From the NCBI GenBank assembly GCA_040437565.1, contig JBDOQK010000008.1:248001-312000 (forward strand): a DNA stretch of 64,000 nt. Direction: 5' to 3'. The translations under genes and the position numbers were made by a program. Origin of the DNA: Albugo candida (Eukaryota). Shown in pieces: positions 14,837-26,766 of the stretch (position 1 is the first letter of the stretch; every line of letters begins with the position of its first letter). Below the pieces are notes generated by a model. It did no database searches. It was not told the DNA's origin and was given only the letters and a program-made list of their open reading frames with translations.

Positions 14837-16466
14837 ATGGACGATCAAACACATGCGAACGATGCAAAAAACATCGGACATCACTCCTCGCCTTTAGAAA
14901 TGATAACTCATATGACTCCTACGGATTTACCGTATCAGAAAATCGATACTTTGTCGAGCAAAGAACCCGAACTTGCTCGAAATAGCAGTGCTTCAAGTCA
15001 AAATGTTAAGGAGAAGTCAAATTTGCGTCAATTCTACTGCCAATTCGATCCAAAACATCGAAGCGGTCGTTCTTTGGTCCGTTGAAAATGCGCATAGTGC
15101 GGCGATGTGACTCATTGGCGTGTTGTAGGTGCTGAAATTTGATATATTTGGAAATTCATATTTCGAAGAGATGAGTCGGATCGATGTACTTCGAATGACT
15201 GAGGAGGCAGCAAAAGAAAGGGAGCAAGACAATGAATGTATTCACGTCGTGCCCATGGCCACATCCGTTTCTCCTCGCGCAGGGTCGAAAACATTTCCGC
15301 GTCCTCAACGTTCCAGCAATGCAGATAGGATGGATAATGCGCTTCATGGAGGCATATGTGACGTCCAGGTACGTCAAAAATACAACAGCGAGAAAAATGA
15401 TGGCTTGATTGCTGTTTATTTGCGGCTGTAGCGCGTGCATGCAAGAGATATTCGCAAGCTGAACAATGTGTATGCTGTATCCAATGAGCCCTCTATCGTT
15501 TTGCGAAAGCAAGCGATTCTCGTAAATGCTGGTAAGGATAAGTAAGGACAGAGTATTGGCACGTGTTGACATTCAATTGATAGATCCCATCCGTGCGCTG
15601 GTCATGCGAGATGCTTGTCTTGTTTTTGTGCCAGATGGAGCCGATAGTTTGTTGTCACTTTTGAAAGAGAAATTTCACGAGTCAAATCAAGATATGACCA
15701 CACAAGCGTTCGAGCTCCGGTGCGTACATGTGTTCGAGACGAAAGTGGAAACAATCATAACATTGACATAATAGCGCTCTGGAAGCATTGCTCGCGACCC
15801 TTTGCCGTATTTTCGAATCGGATTACGAGAAAATGGCACCAGTAGTTATTTCAGCGCTCGATCGACTTGCAAATGGCAAAATTGGAACAAACGAATTGGA
15901 CACGTTAAGGACCTACAAGAACACAATCAATGAATTTGAGTCTCAAGTCGACGGAGTTCGACGAGCATTGATGGAGATTCTGGACAATGAAGAAGATCTC
16001 CGGCTTTTATACTTGACCAAAGTAAAGCGTTTCGAAGTCAAGTGTGCCTTGGTCTGATACAGTGTTGATGTAGCTGCATAAGAACCCCTCCCTCTTGACA
16101 GATCTTTGGAGCTTTGATTCAGAGGAAGTCGAAGCCATGATCGAAAACTATCTCCAAGATATCTACACAACCAGAACAAAAGCCAATTTGATGCAGCATC
16201 GCATCCAAAACACAGAAAGTTTGGTAATGATGAAGTTGGATTACTCTCGAAATTATCTGCTTGGAGTGGAGCTCTTGTTCTCGCTAGTAGCACTCGGTGT
16301 GTCTATCGGCACGTACGTGACTGGGATTTTCGGCATGAACCTCGCATCGGGCATACCAGAGCAGCCTGTATACTTTTACGGCACTGTTGTGATTACTGGA
16401 ATAGCCATTATCGTGATTGTCGTCGCTGGAGTATTCTTTTTTCGACGACAAGGCGTATATTTGTGA
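14837..16466 (+). CDS. MRS2/CorA-family magnesium transporter, multi-exon
   Basis: HARDIRKL, FELR|ALEA and LDYSRNYLL motifs. C-terminal two TM segments with the GIFGMNL (GMN) signature. Start ATG is approximate. Confidence 0.9.
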
Positions 16467-16526
16467 CCTCCATAGAGACCTGCATTTTTATTGGATTGGG
16501 ATTATAGAGAGAATATAGTGCTGATG

Positions 16527-18024
16527 TCAGCTTTTATCAAATTGAACCGCGCCCAGCGTGAATTGCTCTTCGGATCCCTTTGCAAGGATTTCCCCAAGTT
16601 CCGTGCCGATGAGATGCTGATTCGATATTTTGATGTCGCGTTGTTTCCGCGTTCGCGTTTTCTTCTTGTCTTCCTTTAGACGACGCTTGCTTTGACGCCG
16701 GCTTGCATCAACTTTGGATTGCGTTGTAAGTCCAGCTTGCACGAGTTTTTTGTAGAATTCATTTCGGTCCGTTGGGAAATTTCGCATTGTATTTTGCCAA
16801 AGTTCTCGGATATCATTTGTGCATCCATGTTTCGTCATCTGGAATTTCGGGCCACGTCTAGGAAGTGCATCCCACCGATCCATTGAGGCAGCTGTGTTGT
16901 TACTTGCGTCTGGAAATGGAGCGTCTATAGGCATGTGATCTTTGTCAAATTTGAATAAGTATCTAACCGTCAAAACGCATTACAGCAGGCTGCAGAAAAT
17001 AGGTCTGATGGAGCGTACACACCTGACTTTCTTTGAAGTGTTTGGATCTTTAACGGATGAGACACTTTTGCTTGACATGCCGGAAAAAGGGGCAGGACGA
17101 CTGGCGCTAGACGTCTATTGATCATTAAAGGTGAGTGAGAAGAACAGAACAGATTGCAATCTTAGACCTTGACAGCTCCTGATACTCGAAACCAGTGATT
17201 GCCGATTTTGATAGCATCGCCACGGCGAATCTCATTGGTTACATCTTGTGATGAATGTGTGATATAGCTGCCAGGTTCGACAGTGGCGACACCTGATACG
17301 TCGACTAGGAAGGACATGTCACGCGGATAGAACACTTCTGCTCCCTTTTCTGCGTTCTTGACACAAATCACTTCGCCTGATCTTGCGAGTGCCTGCAAAT
17401 CGCGCTCCACATCCACATAGCAATCCATCAAATCTTCCGTTGGAATTCCTTCCGGAGTCTGAAATAGAAGAGCATTTTCAAAAGAGGAGCTATCAAAGGC
17501 TGTTGGAAATCGCGTACTCGGTCGAGCATTTTCAGCAATTGTGTTTTGTTCTTGATGTCGTATTTCGCCTAAATTCCCAATATTTGAGCTTCAGATGCCT
17601 TTGTTTGTGTATGTCTTCTTCCACTAACCTGGTATGCATATCGATCACCTACGACGCGCACTTTGGGATTGTTCTTGAGCCGATGATCCACTTGATCGTC
17701 TACGCCCAAATCCTTTACAACAGCTCGTGAGAATGCTAAATGAAAGTGCTATAGTGTGCACCAACCACTCCTGTGTGCTGGAAAATGTCTTTTATCGAAA
17801 CAGGTTGATGCATTGGAACCTTTCGCAAATACTCCAATATATTGTAGACTTTGGCTCCATCATTCTTGGGCACGTTGGAAATATCAACTAGACTCCACAA
17901 TTAAAAGGGATCAGTACAGGAAAAGGTGCGCGTTAATACTATGCGGGGCTTCTTTGATGGGAATGACGGTTGTGGCGGATTCTGCCACTTGCTTTGATCC
18001 ATAAGCAAGATTACGCCACGACAT
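16527..18024 (-). CDS. Transcription initiation factor IIE beta subunit, multi-exon, with internal insertion
   Basis: Spliced reading MSWRNL..KVYNILEYLRK..AKYDIKNKTQLLKML..EGIPTEDLMDCYVDVERDLQAL..VFYPRD..DIRELWQ. Basic tail ends KISNQHL, like the TFIIE-beta C-terminal xTNxH motif. Confidence 0.8.
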
Positions 18025-18087
18025 TCTTCTCAAGACGACGATTGCCTAAAACTAGAAGTTGGATCCTAGTATCGTGTGGTAGAAGGC

Positions 18088-18817
18088 ATGGATAACCAGG
18101 ATAAATGGACCGAGATTATCTTGCAGTTTATGGAAGTGGCCTTGCACGAATTTCTGTAGGTCGATCGCTTTTAGATGGTTCGTGACTGACATTTTTCTTT
18201 CCAGGTATGTTTGGAAGGTCTACCCAGAAGGTACGAAGTGTTCTTTCATCTGATGGTGACATTGCCTGAGCCGTACTCTTGTAGATGCATTCGAGCTACG
18301 TTCAATGTACCAACTTCCAGTTCACATGTGTCGTCACCCACAACTCTCCAATTATTTGTTTTCAATTCTGACCGGATGTCGTCCATGGATTCAGTCAGGC
18401 CAATTAAGGCGCTTCAGTGTTCATCTTTTGTCCGAAAGAAGAGCTGTTTTGCGAGTAATGCATTTCGAACCAAATTGGAGAAACTCGTCAAGTCAATCGA
18501 AAGAAGCTAATCAGGTTTTGATACATTTGGAAGAAGAATTTCGCGCCACGCTGATTGCGATAGCAGCAACACCGCACACACGTTCGCTTGAAGACACGGA
18601 AGGTAGTGTGCATACGTTCCAAGTCTTGGCCGAGACGACGGAGAACAACGAACGAAAAGTCGATATCGAATACGTTGAGAGTGCTTGGATATTGGCTGAT
18701 TCTGTCTTGAAACAACAAGTGGAAAGCGACCATAAGCGCGAGATTATTCCCGTTAGAAGTATTGGATCAGCAAGCATTCCAATTAAAATGGAACTGTACA
18801 TGGAAACTAGAAGTTAG
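18088..18817 (+). CDS. REV7: HORMA-domain REV7/MAD2L2-like protein, multi-exon
   Basis: Spliced MDNQDKWTEIILQFMEVALHEFL|YVWKVYPE|DAFELRSMYQLPVHMCRHPQLSNYL matches the REV7 N-terminus. C-terminal IIPVRSI..IKMELYME. Confidence 0.82.
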
Positions 18818-20229
18818 TAGGCCAATTTCCAAAGATTTTGTAATGCTGGTTTACGCGTTCGCAAAAAATTGTCTGGTACGATTTCTTGAATGTTTTGCTG
18901 AACAATGATTGCAAGAAGATGTTTCTGGTCACCAAGCTTCTCTTCAAGACGTCGTAGTTGCTCAGCGAGACAAGTAATATCCTCGCTTCTTTTCAAATAT
19001 GAGATGACTTGATGTATTTTATCAGCACATTTATCTTTGGCTAGCTGTGGAGCAACTTCGTACCAAATTGTACACATTTTTTGTCGGTGCGATTTCGTCC
19101 AGAGAGCACTATTATTGTATATACTACCAGATCATCTGCAGATTCCGTAGCATTCAGCGAGTCCATAGCTTTCTAAGAGCGCTGAATTGAATTTTTGAGT
19201 AGCTTTTTCATGTTTGTAAGCGTACTTGGATACCGGCCTAAATTTGAAACGTCTTGATCACCTTGGATTCACTGACACAAGATACACACGTTCCAGAACG
19301 CTTACCTTCACCACAAACTCGGCAACAGCCTTTCGGATCTTTCGAATAACGAGGTGGTCCATAAATCAGATATCGGGGATCAGGAAGGTACCTTGTACGA
19401 TTGGTCATCACAGAAAGCTAGGACTCCCTGAAATTCGGCTAGGGTATTCGCTGTATCACAAGCTTGCTGAAACAACACATCACGCATCCATCTTGAAGCA
19501 AACATTGCGTAAAAGCTAACATGAAAAGAGATACAAGCATCGGCAACCTGCAGGAATCATGAAATCGACATAGCTGCAAATAAAAATGGCACTTGCTGCC
19601 AAAAGAAAGGTCCTTTGAACTTTGAACTCCTGATCAAAATGCTCAAGTATTGTCTCAGAGGCTGGGAAAGTTAACCTTGAATAATACACTTTTGCAAATT
19701 CCGTTGTCGAATTTGATCCATCCAGTTTTCCAGCATTCGTGAGTATAACTCACTGAATCCAGCGATAAAGTTCATGTTTGTCATCCACATAGTAATGGCT
19801 GCATACAATTTAATACGCATCCATTCGACATATAGTTTGCAGCTTACAGCGTTCCGTCCATTCCCTTCGAAATTGCATCATCAATCCTGTCACACAACTA
19901 CCAAAAGTATAAAAAATCCTTCTTTCCTGATCAAATTTCATTCCATGGAGCAAAACCTCCCTAAATGACCGCGAGATAGGAAGTATTAGCGTATCCTCTA
20001 CTAGTTTCTGAGAAGGCTCAGGTTTGAAGATTCTTTTTGCTAATAGCTGATGCAGTATTATGGGCATTATTCTCGTCAGATATATAGGTTCTTGCTGCCA
20101 GGCTTGAAACAAGAGTGAGGCCACTCTTCCAGCAGCATCCTCAATATCACTATTTTCAAAATTTTCGTCCGATACAAGATAGGATATTGCGTCCTCGATG
20201 AGCACATCACGAGCTGAAGTTGTCATCAT
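18814..20229 (-). CDS. Hypothetical multi-exon protein (helical, no family recognised)
   Basis: Chain of minus-strand open exons (19810..20232, 18814..19077 and intermediate ones) separated by short GT..AG segments. Exon structure not fully resolved. Confidence 0.55.
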
Positions 20230-20612
20230 CAAGTTGCAAATGAAATGTACGCCTCACTCAATAGAGGGCGCTCAACATTCAACTGCAACTTCAATTTAAA
20301 GGTCGATATCAATTGGACTAAAATCTCATTCTTCCGTAACTTTATAGGGAGTACCCCCCTTTTAAGTAACGATTACCGTGCGCTGCCAATTTTTCATTTT
20401 CTATACCCGACGAAGTATANNNNNNNNNNNNNNNNNNNNNNNNNNNNNNNNNNNNNNNNNNNNNNNNNNNNNNNNNNNNNNNNNNNNNNNNNNNNNNNNN
20501 NNNNNNNNNNNNNNNNNNNCTGCCAATTTTTCATTTTCTATACCCGACGAAGTATACACCCGTATAGCGCTGCAATTGTGACCACTCTCCCTCAATTAAG
20601 ACGCCTTTCGTA

Positions 20613-23021
20613 ATGCATGACTCGGCATCAAAGAACAACAACACCGATGTGACCAACAGCATGCTAGTACGCTTTTCAATTTTCTCTAATTGTGCCATAG
20701 TAGCAATATCTCATTGATTCTGTAGGTCGCTGTACGTTTGCGTCCCATCAATCAACATGAAGAACGCCAAGGACATCGAAAGTGCTGTCGGGTGATCGGA
20801 AATCAAGTGCGTAAAGTTTATTTGCCAGCTCATGTAAATTTATGAGCTCAATTATATGAATTGCATCAGACAATTGTCATTGAGCGATTGGGTCAGCCAC
20901 AACATCATTTAAAAAGTCAGCAGCGCTCGGAGCGGGAATACGCGTTCGATTTGGCATTTTCAGAGGATGCGACACAGAACGAAATTTATCAGAGAACTGT
21001 TCAGGATATAATTCCTACGATCTTGAACGGATTTGATGCGACTATATTTGCGTATGGAGCTACTGGAGCTGGCAAAACTCATACAATGATGGGATCAGAA
21101 CGCGACGGACTGATTCTATCAAGTGAGTGCAGTGAAGAGATGGAAGATCTGCAAAGTCAAGACTCAGGTCTTTCGGTAGATGGAATTATCCCTCAAGCTC
21201 TAGCCGATATTTTTCAGTCCATCCACAATCGGAAGGCCGAAGAAGGACAATTACGAATGCAAAATGGCACGATATTCGAGTGGGAGGTCATGATATCATA
21301 TTTGGAGGTTTATAACGAGCAAATCCGAGATTTGTTGAGGCCATCTGACACCCCACTGGCACTTCGAGAGGATACCGGTAAGTCTTTCGGAGATATTCTT
21401 ATCGAGCTGATGAGGTTTGATAGCGAAAGGTATTGTTCATGTCGCTGGACTGCACTACGAGAATGCACATAGTGCCGAGGAAGTCTTGGAGTTTCTTCGA
21501 AGGTGTGATCGCTATTATCTGCATTTTTGGACGGTGATCACTTCAAGCACGTTGTTTTAGAGGCAATCGATACCGGAAGACGGAACCAACCGCGGCCAAT
21601 CAAGTTTCTTCGCGGTCTCACGCTGTCATCCAGGTTCTTGTGCGACATAAAAGAACCGAACTTGTACCGCCAAGAGCACAACCTGGCGAAGCTATCACAG
21701 AAGGGAAGCTATCTCTAATCGATCTGGCTGGCTCCGAAAGAGCATCTGCGACCAAAAATAGAGGATTACGATTAACCGAAGGTGCAAACATCAACAAGGT
21801 AAATCTCATTGTACGACTGATAGAAGACAAATGTGAAGCTGATTGGTTTTTCTCGGAAAAAAAAAGTCGCTTTTAGCTCTGGCAAATTGCATCAATAGCT
21901 TGTCAACAGGTCAGACAAAGACGAGATTGTCACGAAGTCGAGACTCGATAGCATCAAAAAAAGCATTTTCTTCAGTGATACGCACTCCGAGAAGAAAAGC
22001 TCATTATAGAGACAGTAAACTCACACATTTACTCAAGGTGCGTATTGCTTCTCCGATACAATTCATGTAATGAGGCTGATGAGAGTTCTGTTTGTAGAAT
22101 TCTTTGGAAGGTGACTGTCGCCTAGTGATGATTGCCAACATAAATCCGTCACACACGTGCTATGAAGAAACTCACAACACGTTAAAGTACGCCAATCGAG
22201 CCAAAAACATCAAAATTCAGCCTCGAAAGCACGTGGTCACCGCAGAGATGACCTATCAGCAACAAATTGCACGATTAGAGGCTGAAAATGCTGCTTTACG
22301 AAAAGCCCTCGCGGTTTCTCAAGAAGTTCAGCTACGGAATAAATTCGCAGGATTCAACTCGAAAGTCGTAGCACCCCCCATGAGCCCACGAAAACGACGA
22401 TATTCAGCTTTCGTGCAAGAAACGCCAGCCTCAAAAACATCAGCAATTCAAATAAGTCCAACGACGGTCGATGCGGAGGTAGTCTTACAAGCTCCATGTG
22501 GTGTTCCGAAAGAGTTGCTGGAGGTGAGCCACGCGTCATCGATTCTACCGGACGTGGTCGCTCTTAAAGAAGAGAAAGCTGCCTCCATAGCACCTAAAAT
22601 GGGTAAATCTATCCAGCGTTCGGCTTGGGTGAACAATACTCCCAAGTCAACCATCAGGACCGGCGCTTTAAAGACATCCAGCGACGGTGCTTCCAGTATC
22701 CCTCGTCTTTCAAAAGCATCTTGTTCCATTCGTGGAAACACGAAGCGATCCATTTCGATAACGAACCTCCCGGATGAGTCGCAATTGGCCTCTCAGTCAG
22801 ATATTGATGCGTCAACCTCTGTGCTTGACATGCCCAAAGCTACTGGTACCACTCGACCCCTTTGGAACCAGTCCTCGTGCCTCCGAGTTCCTGCAGCCAA
22901 TTTCCGACTTGAACCACCACTTCGTGTCCTTCACAACCAGCACAAAGATTCGTCATCACGAAAAAGCCATTTGCCTTCTCCAACATTATTTCGTGTCAAA
23001 TCGCAGGTGCCCGCTTTGTAG
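20613..23021 (+). CDS. Kinesin-8 family (KIF18/KIF19-like) motor, multi-exon
   Basis: SML|VAVRLRP, P-loop FAYGATGAGKTHTM, SYLEVYNE, SSRSHA, LSLIDLAGSERASATKNRGLRLTEGANINK|SLLALANCINSL, YRDSKLT, ETHNTLKYANRAKNIK. Confidence 0.93.
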
Positions 23022-23124
23022 TTTGCTGACAAGCCATGCTTAAGTTACGAGACGAATAAGCGCACATTTTGAAATATATTTTTGGAAGCCACCACAAATT
23101 GTTTGCATCGTTCAAAAGATCACA

Positions 23125-24782
23125 ATGGACAGCCCTAGCGCAGAACATGGCGAAAATTACTTAAATTCGATCAACTTTCGATCGCTGATTGAATGGCTCA
23201 CAGCTGAGACTCTGCTAGCTCGACCAGACGATCCTTTACAGTTTACACGAGCTCTGATTGATGAGAAAATGGCACAGGTTTGTTAGCCGTCTTTGAGATG
23301 AATGTAATCCATAGGTGCCTGTAGCGCACCGACCACGACCTGTATCAATCTCAAGATGCTGTCATGTATCTTAAGCAATGCTACATGTCCGCGAGGTAAT
23401 TAACATTGCTGATGCGTGTCAGGCTGATTGTATTCCTAGTGCGTTTGCCAATGGGCAGGGAAGGATTGGAATCCAGCCACGACGATCGATGTAAATCATT
23501 GCTTTGTGGGAAGCGGATGCTAATTTGAGCATATTAAGCAAAAATAAAGAATCCGACAAAGCGCCGATAGAGGCGCAAGACGGCGTCACACAGCAACGTC
23601 TTCGCTCACTTGAAAACGCTATCACGTCATGCCATCGCATTGCGAATTCCTTGATGTTTCCCGAAGGTATCGCCGATATCGAAGTAGTACGTTCAGATGA
23701 CACTGATTGCTTTTAGTTGTGTCTTCTGTCATCATTGCGGGAAAAGCCTTACTCAGCGCTGAACACGTGATTCTGTATNNNNNNNNNNNNNNNNNNNNNN
23801 NNNNNNNNNNNNNNNNNNNNNNNNNNNNNNNNNNNNNNNNNNNNNNNNNNNNNNNNNNNNNNNNNNNNNNNNNNNNNNGTGCCTGTAGCGCACCGACCAC
23901 GACCTGTATCAATCTCAAGATGCTGTCATGTATCTTAAGCAATGCTACATGTCCGCGAGGTAATTAACATTGCTGATGCGTGTCAGGCTGATTGTATTCC
24001 TAGTGCGTTTGCCAATGGGCAGGGAAGGATTGGAATCCAGCCACGACGATCGATGTAAATCATTGCTTTGTGGGAAGCGGATGCTAATTTGAGCATATTA
24101 AGCAAAAATAAAGAATCCGACAAAGCGCCGATAGAGGCGCAAGACGGCGTCACACAGCAACGTCTTCGCTCACTTGAAAACGCTATCACGTCATGCCATC
24201 GCATTGCGAATTCCTTGATGTTTCCCGAAGGTATCGCCGATATCGAAGTAGTACGTTCAGATGACACTGATTGCTTTTAGTTGTGTCTTCTGTCATCATT
24301 GCGGGAAAAGCCTTACTCAGCGCTGAACACGTGATTCTGTATCTATACGTAAGTGGCTGCACATTTTTCTTTAAAAAATCTCGTCTCATTCATCCAAGGA
24401 TGAATCGCTGAAATGCTTTTTGGCTCAAAACAGCGATCTCGAGGTTGCTCACGTTCCGAAAGATAAAGGAATTATTGGAGCCGTAGCTGCAAGCTGTAAA
24501 TGTATCAATTTGTCTAATATCTACGATGACGACAATACATTGGACGCTTATTATGACAGAATTGCCGGTATTCCCGCACGTTCGTTACTCTGTGTACCCA
24601 TTCGCGAGAATGGAAATGTCATCGGCGTTCTTCAAGCACTAAACAAGTGTGCGAACGGAAAGTCAAGTTCAAGATTTGATGCGTTGGATGAGGAATTACT
24701 CGGTATTGTAGCCGCACAAGCTGGAATATCCGTCACCAACGCGCATTTGTATGAGATTGCCCGAGAAGAAATCGCCAAATAG
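23125..24782 (+). CDS. Small protein with N-terminal RIIa/Dpy-30-like D/D motif and one GAF domain; multi-exon, spans gap with duplicated flank
   Basis: Exon 1: YLNSINFRSLIEWLTAETLLARPDDPLQFTRALI. Last exon GAF: KGIIGAVAAS..INLSNIYDD..RSLLCVPI..VIGVLQALNK..FDALDEELL..QAGISVTNAHLY. Confidence 0.8.
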
Positions 24783-24882
24783 ACCAAAAGTAAAATCATA
24801 GAATATCAAACATGCGTTGACCACTTTATCTAACAACCTTGACCCAAAACTGATGTAATAGCATACCCCATATACGGAGGTT

Positions 24883-26529
24883 ATGACGGCGCACGACGAC
24901 GAAAGCTTTAGCAAATCAGTAAAGGAACTGGTTTCCTTTCTTGCTCATCCGCGAGCGGAATTACGAAAGTCATCAACCCGTCTTCTTGTGGATCTTACTG
25001 CTTCCGAAAATGGGATCCAAGAGTTGATGCATTCGCAAATTGATGTCGTACGAGCTTTATGTCGATTATTTGGTGATATGCAGTCCATTGCACGAGACGC
25101 GCTCAAAACCGCTATCAATCTCACGGCCGCCAGTCCGATATTCTGTGNNNNNNNNNNNNNNNNNNNNNNNNNNNNNNNNNNNNNNNNNNNNNNNNNNNNN
25201 NNNNNNNNNNNNNNNNNNNNNNNNNNNNNNNNNNNNNNNNNNNNNNNTTCCTTTCTTGCTCATCCGCGAGCGGAATTACGAAAGTCATCAACCCGTCTTC
25301 TTGTGGATCTTACTGCTTCCGAAAATGGGATCCAAGAGTTGATGCATTCGCAAATTGATGTCGTACGAGCTTTATGTCGATTATTTGGTGATATGCAGTC
25401 CATTGCACGAGACGCGCTCAAAACCGCTATCAATCTCACGGCCGCCAGTCCGATATTCTGTGGAAAAGCTGTGCAATCGGACGCTATCGGTCGAGTTCTG
25501 AATCTCATTGCGGATATTGATTGGTCACTGGCCAATCTGTCAATGATGCTTCTTGCCAACATCACAACAATCACCACAGGAGTGAAGGCTTTGATTGGGG
25601 CAGAAGATAATGATCCAACGTCGAAATCCATCGATTATAGAGAATTCCATATGCGAAGATTGACGGATCGCTTTCTGGAAACTCAACCAGAGCCCGATGG
25701 CGCTGATGCTCAGACGGGGGAGCCCATTTGGGATGACGATTTTCAGTATGTGGCTGCTATCTTCGCCAATATCAGTCAGATAGAACAGGGTCGTGATTTT
25801 CTCCTACGAAATAGAAAGGAAGGTGTTGTTGTAAAGCATCTCTTACCTCAAATGAACTCACCAAATGTAATTCGACGTCGGGGAATCGTTCATGCCGTGC
25901 GAAATCTATGCTTCGACACGAACAATCACTTTCTTCTGTACGATCAGCTGGATATCGTCTCCACGCTGCAATATCTCTTGATCGGGCCAGAGGAACTAGA
26001 AATACAAGATCGGGAGGGAATGCATCCGAGCGTTTATCGACTTGGTACAAAGAAGAAACGCGAACAAGACAGTCAAGTTCGTGCTGCAGCAATCGAATGC
26101 TTATTACTACTTTGCACAACTCGAAATGGCCGGAAGGATTTGCGTAAGAAGAACGTTTATATCGTCATTCGGAATGCGCATCTGGCAGAGACGGACGAGG
26201 AGATCAGCGAGCAAATATACAAATTGGTCGATCTGCTAATTCGAGATGAGGAAGGAGAAGAACCAGACTGGAACCAAGTTCATACGAAAGCTTTTTCGGA
26301 CCGTTCGGCCGAACCCAGCCCACAAAAAGATACTCATCACGAGCCTCTCCACCCGTCAGTAGTCATGTCGTCCGTAGTCAAGCCGCCGATTGTCACGAAA
26401 GCCGTCAAGCCAGACCCGATGACTGAAGAAAGTATCGAAGAATCAATCCCTGACGATTTGGCAGCTCAATTGGCCGATGAAGTAGCCGCCTTAGACGTCA
26501 GCAGTGACGAAGAAGTTGAAGTCGATTAA
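24883..26529 (+). CDS. HGH1: HGH1/FAM203-like eEF2 chaperone (N-terminal segment duplicated across gap 25148..25247)
   Basis: ARM-like repeats with SMMLLANIT, YVAAIFANISQIEQGR, RRRGIVHAVRNLCFD, LLLLCTTRNGRKDLR, LVDLLIRDE. Confidence 0.88.
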   Translation: MTAHDDESFSKSVKELVSFLAHPRAELRKSSTRLLVDLTASENGIQELMHSQIDVVRALCRLFGDMQSIARDALKTAINLTAASPIFCXXXXXXXXXXXXXXXXXXXXXXXXXXXXXXXXXXSFLAHPRAELRKSSTRLLVDLTASENGIQELMHSQIDVVRALCRLFGDMQSIARDALKTAINLTAASPIFCGKAVQSDAIGRVLNLIADIDWSLANLSMMLLANITTITTGVKALIGAEDNDPTSKSIDYREFHMRRLTDRFLETQPEPDGADAQTGEPIWDDDFQYVAAIFANISQIEQGRDFLLRNRKEGVVVKHLLPQMNSPNVIRRRGIVHAVRNLCFDTNNHFLLYDQLDIVSTLQYLLIGPEELEIQDREGMHPSVYRLGTKKKREQDSQVRAAAIECLLLLCTTRNGRKDLRKKNVYIVIRNAHLAETDEEISEQIYKLVDLLIRDEEGEEPDWNQVHTKAFSDRSAEPSPQKDTHHEPLHPSVVMSSVVKPPIVTKAVKPDPMTEESIEESIPDDLAAQLADEVAALDVSSDEEVEVD

Positions 26530-26766
26530 AGTCAATTCGACATACAAGGCGCCGATGCGAGGCTCTCTTCTGAATAGATAGCATACTTGAATAAAAGCTG
26601 AGCGACAGATATTATACAAAACGATGGCATCGAGGAAAAATGGTGTTCCTGGATCTAAGTTTTTGCTCGTCGCTGATGACTTACAATGGACTTTGACTAC
26701 ATCCTCCATGTGGTCCGATTCATTCGTGAGTCACGGATATCAAAGGGGAAATAATGTCCAATCTAT

